From NCBI GenBank assembly GCA_000934665.2, contig KZ538148.1:62001-126000 (forward strand): a stretch of 64,000 nt of DNA, written 5' to 3'. How positions within the stretch are numbered: the first letter of the stretch is position 1; each line of letters starts with the position of its first letter. Both the position numbers and the translations under genes were made by a program. The stretch is from Catajapyx aquilonaris. Its lineage: Eukaryota. Positions 12,755 through 27,700 of this stretch are shown here, piece by piece. The notes below the pieces were generated by a model that was given only the letters and a program-made list of their open reading frames with translations, had not been told where the DNA came from and ran no database searches.

Positions 12755-15700
12755 TGAGTTTCCAGGTGGCTACTTGAGGGCCGCGGTTGTTTAAACCGTA
12801 TATCGCAATGAATCCATGACCTGCACGAAGCCTGTCTCGCAAGTTGTCCCCCCAGCAAAACTGCTGCTGGCTTTTGACTATTTCCTCTTAAAAGCTAGGG
12901 CGACCCCATGTCAAGCAGGTCCTGTGTTTGACAGGGTTGAGTTTGGGGACGTTAGCTTTGGCCTGCACAAAGCGAGAAAACAGGGGGTCTGCGGCTGTGG
13001 TCGACGCCTCCTCTGCCACTGCCTCCCTCTCTCCCTCCCTGCCTCCCTCCCACTCCCACCCCCGCCATCCCCCCCCCTCCCTTTTTCCCTGCAGTTGGGA
13101 GACGTCGTCGCCCTTTTCTCTCCGCATCGGTGTGAATGATAGGATATTGTCTCAGCTCCACCCCTAGCCAGCAGCTCAAGGATTTGGGTCTTTTTTTCTA
13201 GTGTCATCCCTGGTTGAGAGTGGTCCCTTTGCGTTTTCATTCGGGCAAATTAGCTTTGGAAGCATTGTCCAAGTCCGCTTTGTGTGGATTAGGCTTTAGA
13301 CAGTGAATGATTGCGCAGGAATATTGTGATAATTTGTCACTTTTTATGTAGCATTACAGGGCGGGTTTTGGGAGTGCGAATCTCCTCTTTGGCTTTTAAA
13401 AAAATGGCGATGCTAGAGGCGATGTTGGCTGTTTAGGGACAGCCACGTAAAGGCGCCCTATGGAACGCCTGCTAGGTGGGCATGATCTGAAGGCGAGCAA
13501 AGAGTGTTGGCAAGTTGCGAGTAAGTTAACCGCCATCACGGGGCGTGGGTGGAAGCGGTGCAGGCCCCTTTTATAACCCATTAGGCAGGTCCCAAACGCT
13601 CTTGGTAGTCGCATTGCAGCCCCCGTAATCGAATATGAATATAAATGAAGCTTTCCTGCGCTATTGATTTGCCGGCGATAGGCAGTGGAGCAATTTCCGA
13701 AACGCTCCTGTTGGCAGGCAGCGAGGAGGTGGCGCGTTTCCTTCACTCTGATCCCCAATTAAAGCTTCCACAAGAGAAATGAGTTATAGTGGGCAGGTCA
13801 GCAGATGCAGTTCAACTTGAGCGCCATTATACTACCTCCTGTAACATGTTGTTACGGCCCGGACTATAGGATGCTTTTGCCGGGCTTTTTTTTTTTTGCG
13901 TGCCGTTATTCCTACGGCCGTATTTACAATCATGTAATATGGCTAGGGGTAGTGACAGGAGTACGTCTGCCACAAAACCGAATGGGATGAAAAATGGAAA
14001 TGAACCACTGTTTGATGATGAAAATATTAGCACGTGTTCACATATTCCCGGGAGCAAATATTGTGGCCGGCAAAACGCCCCCAACCTCACCCGCTGTCCA
14101 TGTGAGCTCGCCCACCTCCCATTTCATTAGTTTTAGTTAGTTATGAATTTATCACCGCGGATAAAATCTCGGCACGATTAGGTTCAGTAGATTTAACGCT
14201 ATTTCCAGGCTGTTCACTGGCCGTGAAATAAGCCGGTTCAAAACTGGGAGTATGCATTGTGTGGGATTGTGTAACTGGATTTGGGTGATGATTGATCTCA
14301 GACGTCATGTCGGTAGGGCGATTACTTAATTGTGTGTTTTTTTCAACAACCCCCCCCCCCCCCACCCCCCTGCGTGTGGGTACAGGTTGGCTGTCGTGTA
14401 GTCGACCTGCCTGGGCTCCAGGTTTTTGACTGCCGGAGAATGTTTTCATTTGTAGCGCGATTACTTAAAATGCCAGGCGACGACTGGATCGGTGCCAAGC
14501 AGTTTGTGGGAAAATAAGAAAAATGTGTCGGAAAAAAGTTGGACGGTCGTAACTGGACGGGGTGAAAACTAAGAATTCTTCTTTTTTTTTAAGGGGGCGG
14601 TAAGGGCGGGATTCTTGAAAGGAAAAGTGGATGGCTTGAGGGCCAGTTTCAATCACCCGGGGATTCCTTGGCGGAGTAGTAAAATCTGAGAGTGCAACTG
14701 AACTTTGCCAATAAAAGCCAAAATAAGGCTTTAAGGGAGTGGGTTTTATTGACGCCTAGGCTGTACACTAGGTGCCATCAAGGGAGAGAAAAAGTAAGAG
14801 CTTTATCGGGTTTCCCTGGAGTTCGGAACTTTTTTCCTGAGCCTAGATCTATAGGCTGGTAGCCCCCACATGGCAGGATTTGAAAATACGTTTGAAGGAA
14901 GGGGAGAGAAAGGTGAAGGGGATTGCTTGTAAGCACGAGTCGGCAGAAAAGTTTTCGGCACTGATAATTTATTTACCTTGACGGTAATTAGCAGAGACGC
15001 TGGGGAAGGATGTGGGGGTGCTCTCAAGAGAGGATTTGTCTCTCGTCTGTTGTTTCTGTCGGTCGCCGACTGCACACTTTTCTGTGGGCTTCCAAAAAGC
15101 CTGTCCGTTAAGCCTGTCTTCAGCCCCCCCACCAAACTTTTCAGTCTAAACCAGTCCAAAGACCTGGCCCCTCAATACTTTGCTACCAGAGTCTTATCTA
15201 TTCAGTGCTGCCTGCCCCTTTTTGTTTCTGTTACACCATCTCTTGAAAAGCAGCGGTGTCGTTTAGAAATAGTGGTGCTCCATAGCATGTTCTGGTACAA
15301 TATGGATTTGGGCAAACAAAAAAAAATGCCCAGGCTTTATTATTCCGAGTTAATTAACCGGACTGGCAACATGATCCACCAGTGGGCCATGAAACAATCA
15401 TCAAACGTTTTTAGTGTCCACATGACAGCAATGTTCCAGCCAGGTTATTGTACTCCGTTGCCGCACCTCCTCCGTCATTAAAATAATAGTTTTAACGCTT
15501 TAGGAGCCGTGATCCTTTAAGAGGCACCCCGCAGGTGGGCGAATACTGGCGGTACGCTGCTGTGTTCTTCCTGCCAGCAAAAATGTGGATTCCGGTGGCA
15601 GTGTAATCGTGTCGTCGTTTCATTACAAGTGCAGCAGTGTAATTGCGGCCGGTTCATTAAAGAGCCGTGCAGGGATAAGGGAGAGTTTGTTGTGTGTACC

Positions 15701-18700
15701 GCGAGGTGACGTGGGAAGGCAGTGCGATCGATAGCTGAATGAAACACGGGAGAGGATTGGACGGCGCAAGTTTGGGAGAGAGCTAGGGAGAAGGAGGGAG
15801 GGAGAGGGAGAGAGAGAGAGATGGTTTCCCCAACTTCTGGAATGGAAATATTTCCCGCAAAGTTGATACGACTGGGTGTGCCCTAACTCAAATTGGAAGG
15901 TGTGCGAGTAAGGGATGAATGGCGTTAGCCATTGCAGATTAGAGAATGGATGTTAGCCGTGTCATGTGCACGTGTGACTGAACAGTCCAAAGTCGTAACT
16001 AGGGCAGTTTAATTCACACATGTAAGCCGGCGGTTTCCGTCTTGACACCTGCAGGGTCGTGTTGGCAGCGCACCGAAAATATCGGATTTGTAATCGCCGG
16101 CTTTCACGCCATAACCTTGTATAAATAGTCCTGCCTGAACAGGTTTCCACCATTGTGGCCGGCACCACATACACGCCTGATGGAATAATCTGCAGAGTGA
16201 AATGATATGTAATCATTGGACGTGAGTGGAGCGGAAAGGACTTGCTTGCTTCCCCCCTACCCCCTGGTTCCCCCACCGTCACTCTCCTCTTTCCTCCTCC
16301 TCTCCCCCCTAAAAGATAGAAAATGAGATTCCAAAGCATATTGGCAAGTACAGTAGGCTAGAGGCCCCTGCAGCCTTCATCGAGATTAGGTTTGGTTCAG
16401 TGAATGGCTTTGGTGGGGGAAGTAGGAAGCGCGCCGACTCCGCCATTGATGTGCACCAAGCCATGGAAATTAAACAGGGAGCCTCCCTGCTTGATTCCTT
16501 AGACAAACACACACGGGGAATGGCGGCAGCTTGCAGAGCGCGTGCAAGACCCGGGGACAGATCGGTTGGGGGCTCGGCAAATACCCGCCAGGCAATCACC
16601 AATACCACTTATTGGGCTTCGGGGAGGACGAACAGCCGGCCGGGATGGGTGCTGCCAGCTTTTTTACCCACGCTATATTCACCAATCCGCTACCCAATTC
16701 ATTTTCACAGGCTCATTTTTACCGCTGCGGGCTTTGTCGGCTTTGTCATTTTCACGTGCAATAAAGAGGGTGGGTGTGCGGTGCACTTGTAGCGATTATT
16801 GTCGAATCCTTCCATTTGGACGCTTTGGTTGGGACGGGGGTGCTTCAAAATTGGAGCTTGCGCGCACCTCTGCACGGGGAGGGGGCCACTGAATTTCGGA
16901 GGGTGCTCGTGGAAATCATTGCGGGCTGTTGCCCATGGAGGGAGGGAGGGAGGGTGGGTGGGTAGGGAGGTTTTACCAATATCTGCTGCCCTGTTATAAC
17001 ATTTCAACTTGCAGTTTGATGTCAGGGCCTCATTTGTTCCCATTAACATGAGGAGGCTTGTACGCAGGGTGTGAAGTGTGGATCATCAATGGCGTCCGGT
17101 AACCATGTTGGATCTCTCTGGACTGTTTTAGCATCAAAAGTTATGCTGAAAGTGAATTATTACAAACTGGACATCTTCCATCAGCGTTCCATCTCGAGAC
17201 TCAGATGATTGGTCGGTCTTCGGCACTACTGTATAGTAAACGAATTGGGTGCATTCAATTGGGTGCATTCAAGTTCAGAGAGACATTATTTTAATCTTGG
17301 ACAGTATATACGCATACCTACTTCAGCAAAAGCGATAAATAGCTGACCAACACCATTGTGCATGCAGTGTTTTGAATCTGCAATAAAGGCAATAGTTATT
17401 GAAACCATTAAACAGGTTCGTAAAATAGATTAACAACCATAAATGGGCAGGATATGCGTTGGAAGGTTTGGGATAGCAGGAAAGGGTGGATCGGAAGTTC
17501 TCTCCAATAACTTAGAAATAAATGGCTTTATTGAGGTTCATCGGGTAGAGTTTCGCATGTCTGAGGCAGCACGGTGGTTTAGTGGTTAGCGCCACAATCT
17601 TGCACGTCTGAGATCCCGCATTCGATCTCCGGATGGAACTTAGAAAGGAATTTATCATGTGGAAATAGTTTCGATAGATTTTCTCCGGAGTCGCGTGTTT
17701 TCTTGGGGTTTTCCCGTGTCATGCCACAATATAAAAAAATCCATCACCATTGAGTATGAGCGATTAGAGTCGGGATTCAAAGGAGGATCCCACAGGCCTC
17801 TCAGGGGATACAATGGAATTGTAAGTGGGGAAATAAATGAAGTTGAAGAAGTATAGAATTCATTGATAATTACGAAGCCTACAGTTTCTTTTCCTGAAGT
17901 GTCACTTATGTGTATAGACGATTATTTGCAACATGGGGTCGAAAACTAGTACTGTCCAGGCATTTTTGTCCTGTGCAGCATGCTCTACAACCAGGTTGCT
18001 GAAACAATTTGCGAAGAACATAAGGCTAGCCTAAGAAACTGGCCCACATAAGGCGGCTTAATATAGGGAGTCAGTTTCGCCTATTGAGTGTGTCACCCTG
18101 GTCTGTAATATGGTAGATGGATTTTAATAAGTTTTAAGAAAACAGCGAACTTCATGATCAGCTCTCCCCACAGCCCCTCACGCACGTCATTAAACTTCTT
18201 CCATTCCGTTCCCGTGGTGCAAAGTGAGAAAAGTGCAAAAGTGTGTGAATAATGGACTGCGTGAAAAAGTAAAGAGCATGAACCGAGTACGTGACTTCTT
18301 TGCCATCCTATGTCCTTTTTTGCTCGTAATCCTGGCGAGGGGTGGCTTGAGAGCCTCCAGTGACGCCCCTGAAAACATAAACATAAATTAAAACTGTTTG
18401 CAAACTCAGAGAGGTTACGGCATAGGCCTACTCGAAAATGCCGCGCATTTTGTTTTTTTTTTTGCGAACTGACTCTCTTTTTTTGTTGCCGTACTTCTAG
18501 CCTCCACACTTCACATCCATTTTTTACTCGACAGGGAATGTGATTTCCTTTAATTTTGAGAATGTTGGTTTAGGAATGAGCCATTCGACAGGGCAAAGAA
18601 TGACACGAGTCCCGGAAATTAGCAGGCGAGTAGGAATGGAAGTTGGAAAAGAAAGTAATCGGCAGGAGGCCTATTCCCCCCAAGAAGTGTGAAAGTGGTA

Positions 18701-21700
18701 CCGGCGCCTATCCCTGAAGACAGTTTTGATGCGCGGGTTGCAGTATTCCCTTCACCCCCTTCGTAACCCCCCCCCCCCCTCTTTCCAAGCACACCCAACC
18801 CACCCACCCTCCCCTTACCAACCCATCTGCGGTGGGGCCCCCATTTATTACGCCCCAGCTCGAAAACTCCGGATCCCCAAAGGCCACTGCAAATCGATGT
18901 CCTATTGATTTCAGTTGGGGGGAAGCGCTACCGAGCGGGCCTTGCCGAGGAGGCTTCATTTTCGGCTGTTACGGAGGCAGGCCCATTGGAATGGGCAAAT
19001 GTCAGGACATAACAGGTGACATTCAGCACTGCAGCACGTTCTTCTTCGGGGTTTTTTTTTTCCACCCCTCAAAAAATTGGAAATGAGCCCGGTCGTAAGA
19101 AGTTTTATAGGGGGTATCATCAGGCGAGTGTCCCCTTCCAAATGGCTTCCAGAATGTCCGTAGCAGGCCGACAAGTTGGTGAAAGAAATATGCCGTGACC
19201 ACCCATAAGTGGCGGGAGGCATGTCCCCTAGAATAAGAGGCTTCGGACCACACTCCTTACGAATCGCTCATTAGCTTGGGCGGAGACTTGATGGGGCCAT
19301 CTGTAACAGACGGTGCCCGGTGACGCAGATGTGACACGGGGAGTCCTGAGGTGACATTTCCTCTTCAGCGGGGCAATGCATGACCGGCCTTTTCAAGTGG
19401 GCACCACTTGGCGACACCCTTTTGTTTCCCCGGGCACGAATTTTCAAAACTGCGATGGCTCTCGTTTTAAGAGCGGTATTAAGGGGAGGTGGCGATGGAT
19501 CATTTTGGGTGCGGCGAGGTGAAAGAGTAGATAATTAGTCGTACAAATGACCAGAGTGTACACGGTGTGATTGGGGGTATGGGTGCTCGTTTGCCTAAGT
19601 CAACAGCGTCCGAGTGTGTGACGTTTAGGGGCATTTTGAACTAATTATGGCCTAAAGGATGGGGGGTTGGGAGTATGCACCTTGAGCTGACTCTTCTGCC
19701 ACATCTTTTATGGTTCGTGACTTAATTGCGTCTTCATCACGTCGATGGAATGGGCTGTCCTTCCGACCCTAGGGCTTTTTACCACTCTTATCTAAAATTG
19801 GAGCCATGAATACTTTTATCGTGTCATTTAGGTTTCAGAGAGTAAATGAGTTGTTCTGGAATTGTCTATGGGAAAACCTGCCGTCTGAATTTTTTCCCCC
19901 CTTTTCCTCGGTTGCTTGTTCCCCAAAACTTGTGGAGCGCATTTTCTCCACTTTTAATTTCCTCCGCGTTCATGATTTGTGCATCAGCATACAAGCGCTA
20001 GCGTGCCTTGTGATTGCGGGAAATTTATACCCAGAACTCGTCCTTCAGGAGAGATTACGGAAATGGTGACAGGTCAAAGGTAAGCCAGCTCGCTTGTGGG
20101 GGTCTAAGGAATTTGGCTGTCGAAACGGAAGCGGAAGGCCGCGAAAAGAATCGCATTCCCCATGCAGAAGGGAAGCAAGCTCTTGTCATAAATCACCGAG
20201 GTCGCCTTTTGTAGCCTGTAATAGACCCCGGGTGATGGAGAACACAAAGTGAGGACCATTGGATTCTCCTTTGCCCTTCTCCCGAGTTTTGCATGCCACG
20301 ACACTTTACACTAGGCGGCAAGACCAGACGAGTTCATTTTGAAGGGGAAAGCTGGTTGGAAAAGGGGTCCAAGGCTGGAAGGAAAATGCATTACGGCATT
20401 GGTGTCGCCTAGCACTGGAGCCTTGGACTGGACCAAACCCAGGGGGAATTACCTCTCCTTCTTTTGGCCTGCCGTAAGAGGAACGCAATCTAGCCGTCAC
20501 TGTATGTCCGACGAGGGGTGTAGCATGTCTGGAATGCCAACAGATTGCCTCGCCCGCGACAGAAAACCTGCCGCCCTTTTCTCTCTTTTTTTCTCTCTCT
20601 CTCCCTATTTTTTTCGCCTTCTCTTGTGCCCTTCTTTTATATCCCCCAAGCTTCCCCACTACACGCGATGTAGACCAATTTTAGGAGTTTGCACCACGTC
20701 CCAACTCGTAACACTTTTTTGCCTCCCTTTTTTGGACCTATAGATTTAAACCGCTCAAGACGAAGCGTTACGGACACTTGGAATACATGAAGGTTATCCC
20801 TTCTCCAGCGGGGGGGTTTTCTCTCTTTTTTTGGGTCGGGATTTGGCTTATCTACGCCTGGTTCTTGCAGTCGTGGCAGCCCTCCCGATTAGGAAATGGA
20901 CGGGGATTATTGGATTTAGAGCGCGGCGTCTGAGGGGTTTCTCGCATATTAGCCCATTAGGCGCCCGCCAAGAACATACCTGAGAAACTCGAGGCAGCTC
21001 AGTATACTAGTCGAGGTTTCCCATTTAGTATATACGGCGTGTTGGACTGGTGCGCTTAGGCGAGAAATGTAGTTAGGACAGGTTAAAATATGCTCCGGTT
21101 TCGGAACTAGCCGTTACGGGTCGCTTGTTGTTGCTTCTAATTTGTGGGGCATGGTTTGTAGTGTCATGGTTTAGTGGAGGGTAGGCGGGGGAGGGACCAT
21201 GGAGGGAGGGAGGGAGGGAGGGTAAGCGCGTGATGTTGGACGACCCGGTTGGGTTAGCAGAGATGGGGAGTGCGTGAGAGGGAGACAACCAGCTATGAAA
21301 TACAACACTGCGGGCGGTACTTAGCGGGAGATAATCCGATTTCAACCGGCGTCCAATAACCAGCCATGTGGCACTTTCCACTTGCATGGGCTTTGGTGCT
21401 TATGGCCTCGACTGTGTCCGGTCCGCTCTTTTTTGTTGTAGTCAAACTGGCCGTGACCGGAGCGGCCGGGAGGGGGGGNGGGGGGAAATTTAGTGGCGGA
21501 TACTATGTCTTGAGCGTGTAGTTTCCTTCCGAGTCGATGCTTAAATTAACGGGTGTTTCCAAGTGTGATGTTTGTGTGGATTAGCGGTTTTAACGAGTGG
21601 CGGCTGTGATCAATGGCTGAGGTTTCCTTTGCTCGGCAAGTGAGGTTCCTTTATCCTGGCTCTCAGCTAACTTGTGCACCTCTCTTGTCGTGCAGGAAAG

Positions 21701-24700
21701 TCTGGTTAAAGGGGCAAGGCGAGGGGGGTGTACCTCAGCAGGATTACTGCTACTCATGCCTGGTCCTATCCCGCAGCAAAACAGGCAGGAGCGCACTGTC
21801 ATGCCATAATTATGCCGGCTATCAAATATGCAGTAATATTGTGCACAACTGCATTCCACTCTCGATGCCGTTTATTTATTTATTTATTTACGTATGAATG
21901 CCTGGTGCAGCAAATTGCGGAGCGGTTGTTGTCATAACGTTAGGATAAATAAACAGAAGGTGTTCGCGCCAATTGCGGTTTGCAGTTCCGTGATGTGAGA
22001 GGTTTGCACGGCCAAGGTGGGAAAGGGAAGCGAGAAAAAAAAATGGGAAAGAAGCCATTTGTCTCGTGTGACACTCGGATGCCAGCTCTAGGCACACCAT
22101 GGCAATATCTATGCTGTGCATCTGCAAAGATTGTGCGAGTCGGAAAGGAGTAGCTTCCGCTTCGCGTCAGGATCAAAGAGAAGCTGCATAAGCGCCTCCA
22201 AGTGGAGATTAAACTTGGTTCCCTGCTTCCACAGAAAAGAGCCGTTATGTAGTCAAAAGTGCGCTTTTTTGAGCACTCTTGCGTGCTGGTTCCAATTTTG
22301 ACTGAGTAGTTCTACCTTTGCAGTCGAGCATTTTTTTTTCTTCTTTTTTTTGTACCAGAGTCGTAGCATATCTCTGAAAGTAGTCAGCAGCATCTCTTCG
22401 GGCTTCCTTTTTTCGAGTGGCTTCAAACCAGAGTAGCGTGCGAGAGTGCAATTGGGGCCGGAATTTATTCATGCGAGGCATGATTAAAGAGTTTTACTGA
22501 TGTGCAGGAAAGCGCCACTCCAAGGCGGTCACTCGTTTTGTCGGCAACATAAAGTAACGAGTCAATGGCGTGTTTAAACAAGAAATCATGATGCAGATCG
22601 ACACGATCCGGAAAGAAAAAACAAGGTGTTAACACCACCTGCTGCGAAGTTTCACATCGAGTCGCATCTTGTTACCATTCTTTGCCACTAAATTCCCATC
22701 AGAGCGCGACCAAGTTTGTGTGGCTCTAATCCTCTTAGGTCCTGTAGTTGTTGATTACTGGTGTGTTCGGAAGCGCACTACTCTCTGTATAAGCATGAAG
22801 CTAAAGTGGAACCTCCAAAGTCCCGTCTTGAGAAACCAATCTCTGGCACCTGGGTTGTAAAGTTGAGTTCCGTAATGCAGTGAACTATCAGAATGATGCT
22901 CCTTCGCCAAATGCCTGATTTCGCATGCTCCCTGCCAGAAACGAGCCACAAAATCGTTTCTGCGATTTTTCATACACATCCAGCCGCGTTTTCTAGCTGC
23001 TGGTGTATGCAAGGCGCAACCCAAGCTATAAGAGAGATTTGGGGTGTGTGTAAGTGAAAAAAGAGGAAATATAGGAAGGAGAGGAGGGGAAACCCGAGGA
23101 CTATTGACAGTGCGGGTGGGGGGATTATTGGTTTCCCAGTAGGAGAGACGGCGTTGATTGTGTTGCGCGCCCTCGGAAGAAGTTGTGGCCGGACTCCTCG
23201 GGGACCACTGCCGGAGGCCCTTCTTGCTACCAACCTCTATCTAGGCAACTTTCTCAAGAGGACTTGTACCCTCCCTGTCACTTTGTAAGAAACGATCCCC
23301 TACGGAACCCAGTTTGAGGAGGGGGGGGGGGGGGGNGGGGGGAATTAAATAGGCTGGGATGTGCAGCTAGGCTTTTTCGGAGAAGTTTCTTGGGTTAGAG
23401 CTGGTGTTGCCTGTCATTTGAAAACCTGTTGATGAATGCCAACTGGCTTTGTTCAGTGCTGGGCAGCAGTAGCAGCACCAGAGAGGGAGAGAAAGAGAGA
23501 TGAAACGTATAGGTTTGGGGCGAGGTGGCCTATAGATCCCGACGGAGACTGGGGGGGAAAAGAAATGAGAAAGGATGGCAGGCTCACTTTTTCCCTCGTC
23601 GTCTAAAGGATGTGTGGGCTTACCCAGATGAAAACCCCATTTCCCTCTGGTTTCATTTGGATTGTCACTGTGATCCGGGTATTTGATTGCGTCCTATCTC
23701 GGTACCAAATGCTTTCCTCAATCCCCGGCGTACTGTTGAATGGCCAAATAAAGCTCTTTCATTTGCATATCAAAGTTGGAATGGTTGGCAGAAGCTTTTG
23801 CAAGTCCGTGCGACTAGCGGGGGGTGGGGCCTGGTTTTACTCGCATGGTTTGGTTGGAGGAAAAGGGAAGGAAGGAAGGAAGGAAGGAAGGAAGGAAGGA
23901 AGGAAGTGCAAGTAGGAATCAATACTAAAGATAGTGGAGTCCAGTAGTAAGGAGTGGGAGGGAGGGAGGGAGGCTTGTTTCGTGCAGCTGCGGTTGCTTC
24001 GTTCATTCCCTGTGCGACGGTGACAAATATCCTCCCCGATTCTTAATGAGGCGAGGCACCCAGTAGCAGAGTCGTCCTGGCAGCAACAACCCCTTTTTCG
24101 TAAATTTCCTCCCTGGAATTTCATTATTTTGGTACTAAAGTTTGCTCCTGGCGGGTGGGTGCTGCTGGCAAATGGCGCCCCGAGCAGTAGCAGCAGTAGT
24201 CTTAGGCTCGTCATGCTGAATGTGCTGTCACCTTCCTTCTGGGTGGGTTTCCTAGGAAAGATAGGCCTTTGCCAGCATCTGGTTCCACGGGCAAATGGCT
24301 GCCGACTTGTTGCTGCCGAATTACACGGGTATAGCGTCATTCACACATCTGCAGAAGCATGCCAAGGGCTCTTCCGTTTGTCTTGTTATCGGGAGTAATT
24401 TCCGTCCCCTCAAAAGCAGTTAGTCGCGTGGAAATGACATTGACGTAGGTTATTTTGACCAGTGTAAGAAGATCGAGCCCGGCTGATGTTTGATTTGCTA
24501 TGGACCGCAAATTTAATGTTTGCTATATTCGTCAAGGCGGCAGAGCGCGAGCGATGCTTTCCGCCCCATAGTTTATGAATAATTATGTCATACCGAATTG
24601 CATGTCGATAGCTTTCATTTCGCTCTGCGGCGACACCAGGCCACAAAATGCAATGCACATTAAAGTGGAGGCAATTAGTTGTGCGATGGCGTTGTTGTTA

Positions 24701-27700
24701 TCGGTATTTGCGCAACTTCCACCCTGGCGTCACAATGTTCTGCAGTGTAGGAATATTTTGGGCCGATCCACAAGTGGCTGGCTGGCTGGCTGGCTGGAAA
24801 GATTTGGCTAATGAAGCCTTGCTCCCTGTGCTTTTGATATCGACTGCGCGTCATGTTCGAAGTTAGACACATAAGCTGCCGGATTCTGTCATGGAATGCA
24901 ACGCGCATCAGTTTCCAATTTTGTTACCCGGAGGGGCGGATTGGCCCGGGCGACTGGATGGCCACCGGGGGCCAGCGCGTTTTGAGGGCCCAACTGGGGA
25001 GGGAGGCTTGGAGTTAGGATGTATGTGGCACCGGGGGCCAAACCAGGCCATCACAAAAGGAAAAATAGGTTGGGAAATGTGGCATGGGGGCTAAAATAAG
25101 GTTGGGGGCCGTCCATAAATCATGTAACGCTACGCGCCCGTGCGGTGATGGAAAGAAACGAGGCTTGAAAACAATTTGGAGAGGTGGCTCCAGGATGGCC
25201 TGGCCGACCGGCCTGGTCCTCCGCCCCCTGGCAATGTCTCCCATAACAATAAATTAGCCGGAAAAAGCATTTTATTGAAGAAGGATGTATGCGCATCAGT
25301 TGCCCGGGAGTTCTAATTGGGATCGACGAGCTATACGCCCGGGCCAGTACATCAGTGGCAAGCGCACATCTCCATGGAATTCACTTCCTCTTAGCCCGGG
25401 AGAAGAAATTGCTGATTCTTCCCAAAGGGCTCGTAAAAGGCCCTGCTAGCGCCCGTCTGGGGAAATACGCGCAGTCCGGCTGGATTTGGGAAAAGGTGGG
25501 GAAGAGCTTACATTCGAATGTGGAAAAGAAAATCGGAAAAGGGAGCCATAGTTGGGCGCGTGATGTGCCTGTCTGCCTGCCGGTGGTCAATCGTCGTGTG
25601 TAATATTGCGAGGGTGACATCGTGCGGAGATGTACTGGCCCACAATTCATGTCACGTTGTCCTGCACCTGGACTAGAATAAATCGGAATCAAGTGTAGTG
25701 TAGTGTATGGAGAGACCATTTGCAATCGAGTCGGAAGCTGAATCGCGCGGGCATAACTGAACATGACGTTTGACGCAAAAGCACGGTCGGGCAGGGAGGA
25801 AATGACACCAAATTGTTTGTGTGACGCGCTGCATAATTCCTAACCCCGCGGCTTTCAGTCCGGCGCGCTGGGGGCAGGGGGTGGGGTGGGGGAGTGCTTT
25901 TAGTGACGTGGCTGATGCGAATATTAGATTATGGCGCTGTGATTGAGAGCTGAAGCGGGCGTAATGGAGAGATGGCCAGTGTGGGTGTGGATGGGTGGGT
26001 GAGTTAGGTGGTGGGCCCGCCGAGTGATGATTCATCCAGTCACACTATTTATCGAGCAGACCACGTAGAAAATGGTGGGGGTCCAAACCATAGCTGGACG
26101 ACCTAATTAATAAGGTGCAGCGGGCCGGTTGGGTTGCGTCGCTCATTAGCGACCAGGTTCTGCGGCGGGGGTCGTTGCCAAGACGGCAGCCGCGACGCGA
26201 CGGGCGTTAAATCCATCGCCGTGCCTCACCAGCTTGTATGCCTTCGTTATACAGGAACGAGGAAGGTCTTTTCAGGGTGCCAGGAACATTCCCGCTGTTC
26301 TCTGGCCGGAATCTCCCAATGTGTTGGCCTTGCCGGGTGCGTAACAGACGCGTAGACGGCATATTTCGGGGGCTAAACCAGGTTTCAGCCGCTGACGAGG
26401 TGAGAAACGTCGTTTTCCTGCTGGCAACCATCCGGACAGCTGGGTTTCAGACAATCAGGCCTAATTTGTCGTCCGGCTGCTGCCGCTGGCTTCTCCCGCC
26501 GCTGACAAATGGCCATGTTTTTGTGTGTTTGCTCAAGTGCATAGGTTGACACAATAATGAAAACACTCGTAAAGAGGCATTCGGCGATGCCAACCTGCCA
26601 ATAGAATGGGACTACTAAGGGGTACTACTCCTGGGAATAAGACATTCATTTGGACCCGTTTTCCTTTTTTTTACAGTGTACCGCACATTGAAAGGCTAAC
26701 CATTCCGGGCATTCAGTGGCGAATGAACTGCCTCTTCCGCCATGTAAGAGCCAAGATAGGATTGCTGTTCAGACCTAAAATGATTGCGTCGTTTTAGTGC
26801 GCGCGATAACGTTGCAGGAGCTGCAATAGTATTCTTGTAATGACCGTGATATGTTCCCCTTTCGGGCGCAGGAAAATTATAACCAACGCTTTCGGGACAG
26901 TTATTCCGCCCCTGCGTGAATCACTCGTGCTTCACGAGGCCTCTGATCAGTGACAATCGCTTTTTTCCCCTCTTCCCTCCCTACCCCCTCCAGCCCACAT
27001 GTCCAGGGATAATGGGTGAGAAAATCTGTCAGAAATGGCTTAGTTCGTGAGGGTATAGGAGGTTAAAGTTGGGCGGAAAAGTTTTACGACTTCAGTAGCG
27101 CTTGTTGAATCCGTGCAAGATCTGCCATAAGGGGAGTTGAAATTTGGATCCAGAACGAAGAGAATGCGCAAGAGCCCGGCAATTTTGACCTTTATGACCA
27201 GCTCTTCTATTTTAGTCACGAAATTGCTGTTTTAGCGCTTTCTTTATGGTTTGCCCTTAAACTCGTTATAGTTCAGAAATTTCCCTGCTCTCTCGCTCTC
27301 TTCTCGAGGCATATGGCAAATGTGCGAGTTACGAGAGGCCTCATCATCTCGGTGTTGGGGATTTGAAGGGTATTCGACTTTATGTATAAATATGAGCGAG
27401 ATCGTGGGAGAGAGGATGGGAAAAAATGCTGAACGGCATGACTCTCGCGTGGTGCATTTCCTGAGCGTTTGCGAGATCTCAGGGATGCGCCAACAGTCGG
27501 CTCCGGTTAGAGAGACTCACTTGCTACCCAAGACATGATGACTCCGGTTTGTGCAACACGGGAAGGCTTTGCCTGGAGCCCCATTTTTCATCCAGCGACA
27601 GTTAACTAATGGCGGCTCCTCCCCTCTTTGCCATCCCCGAGGCTGCAGTGGCATTTTCTTGGGGAGTAGGTCGATGTGGCGTCCTTGCCCTGGCCTCAGC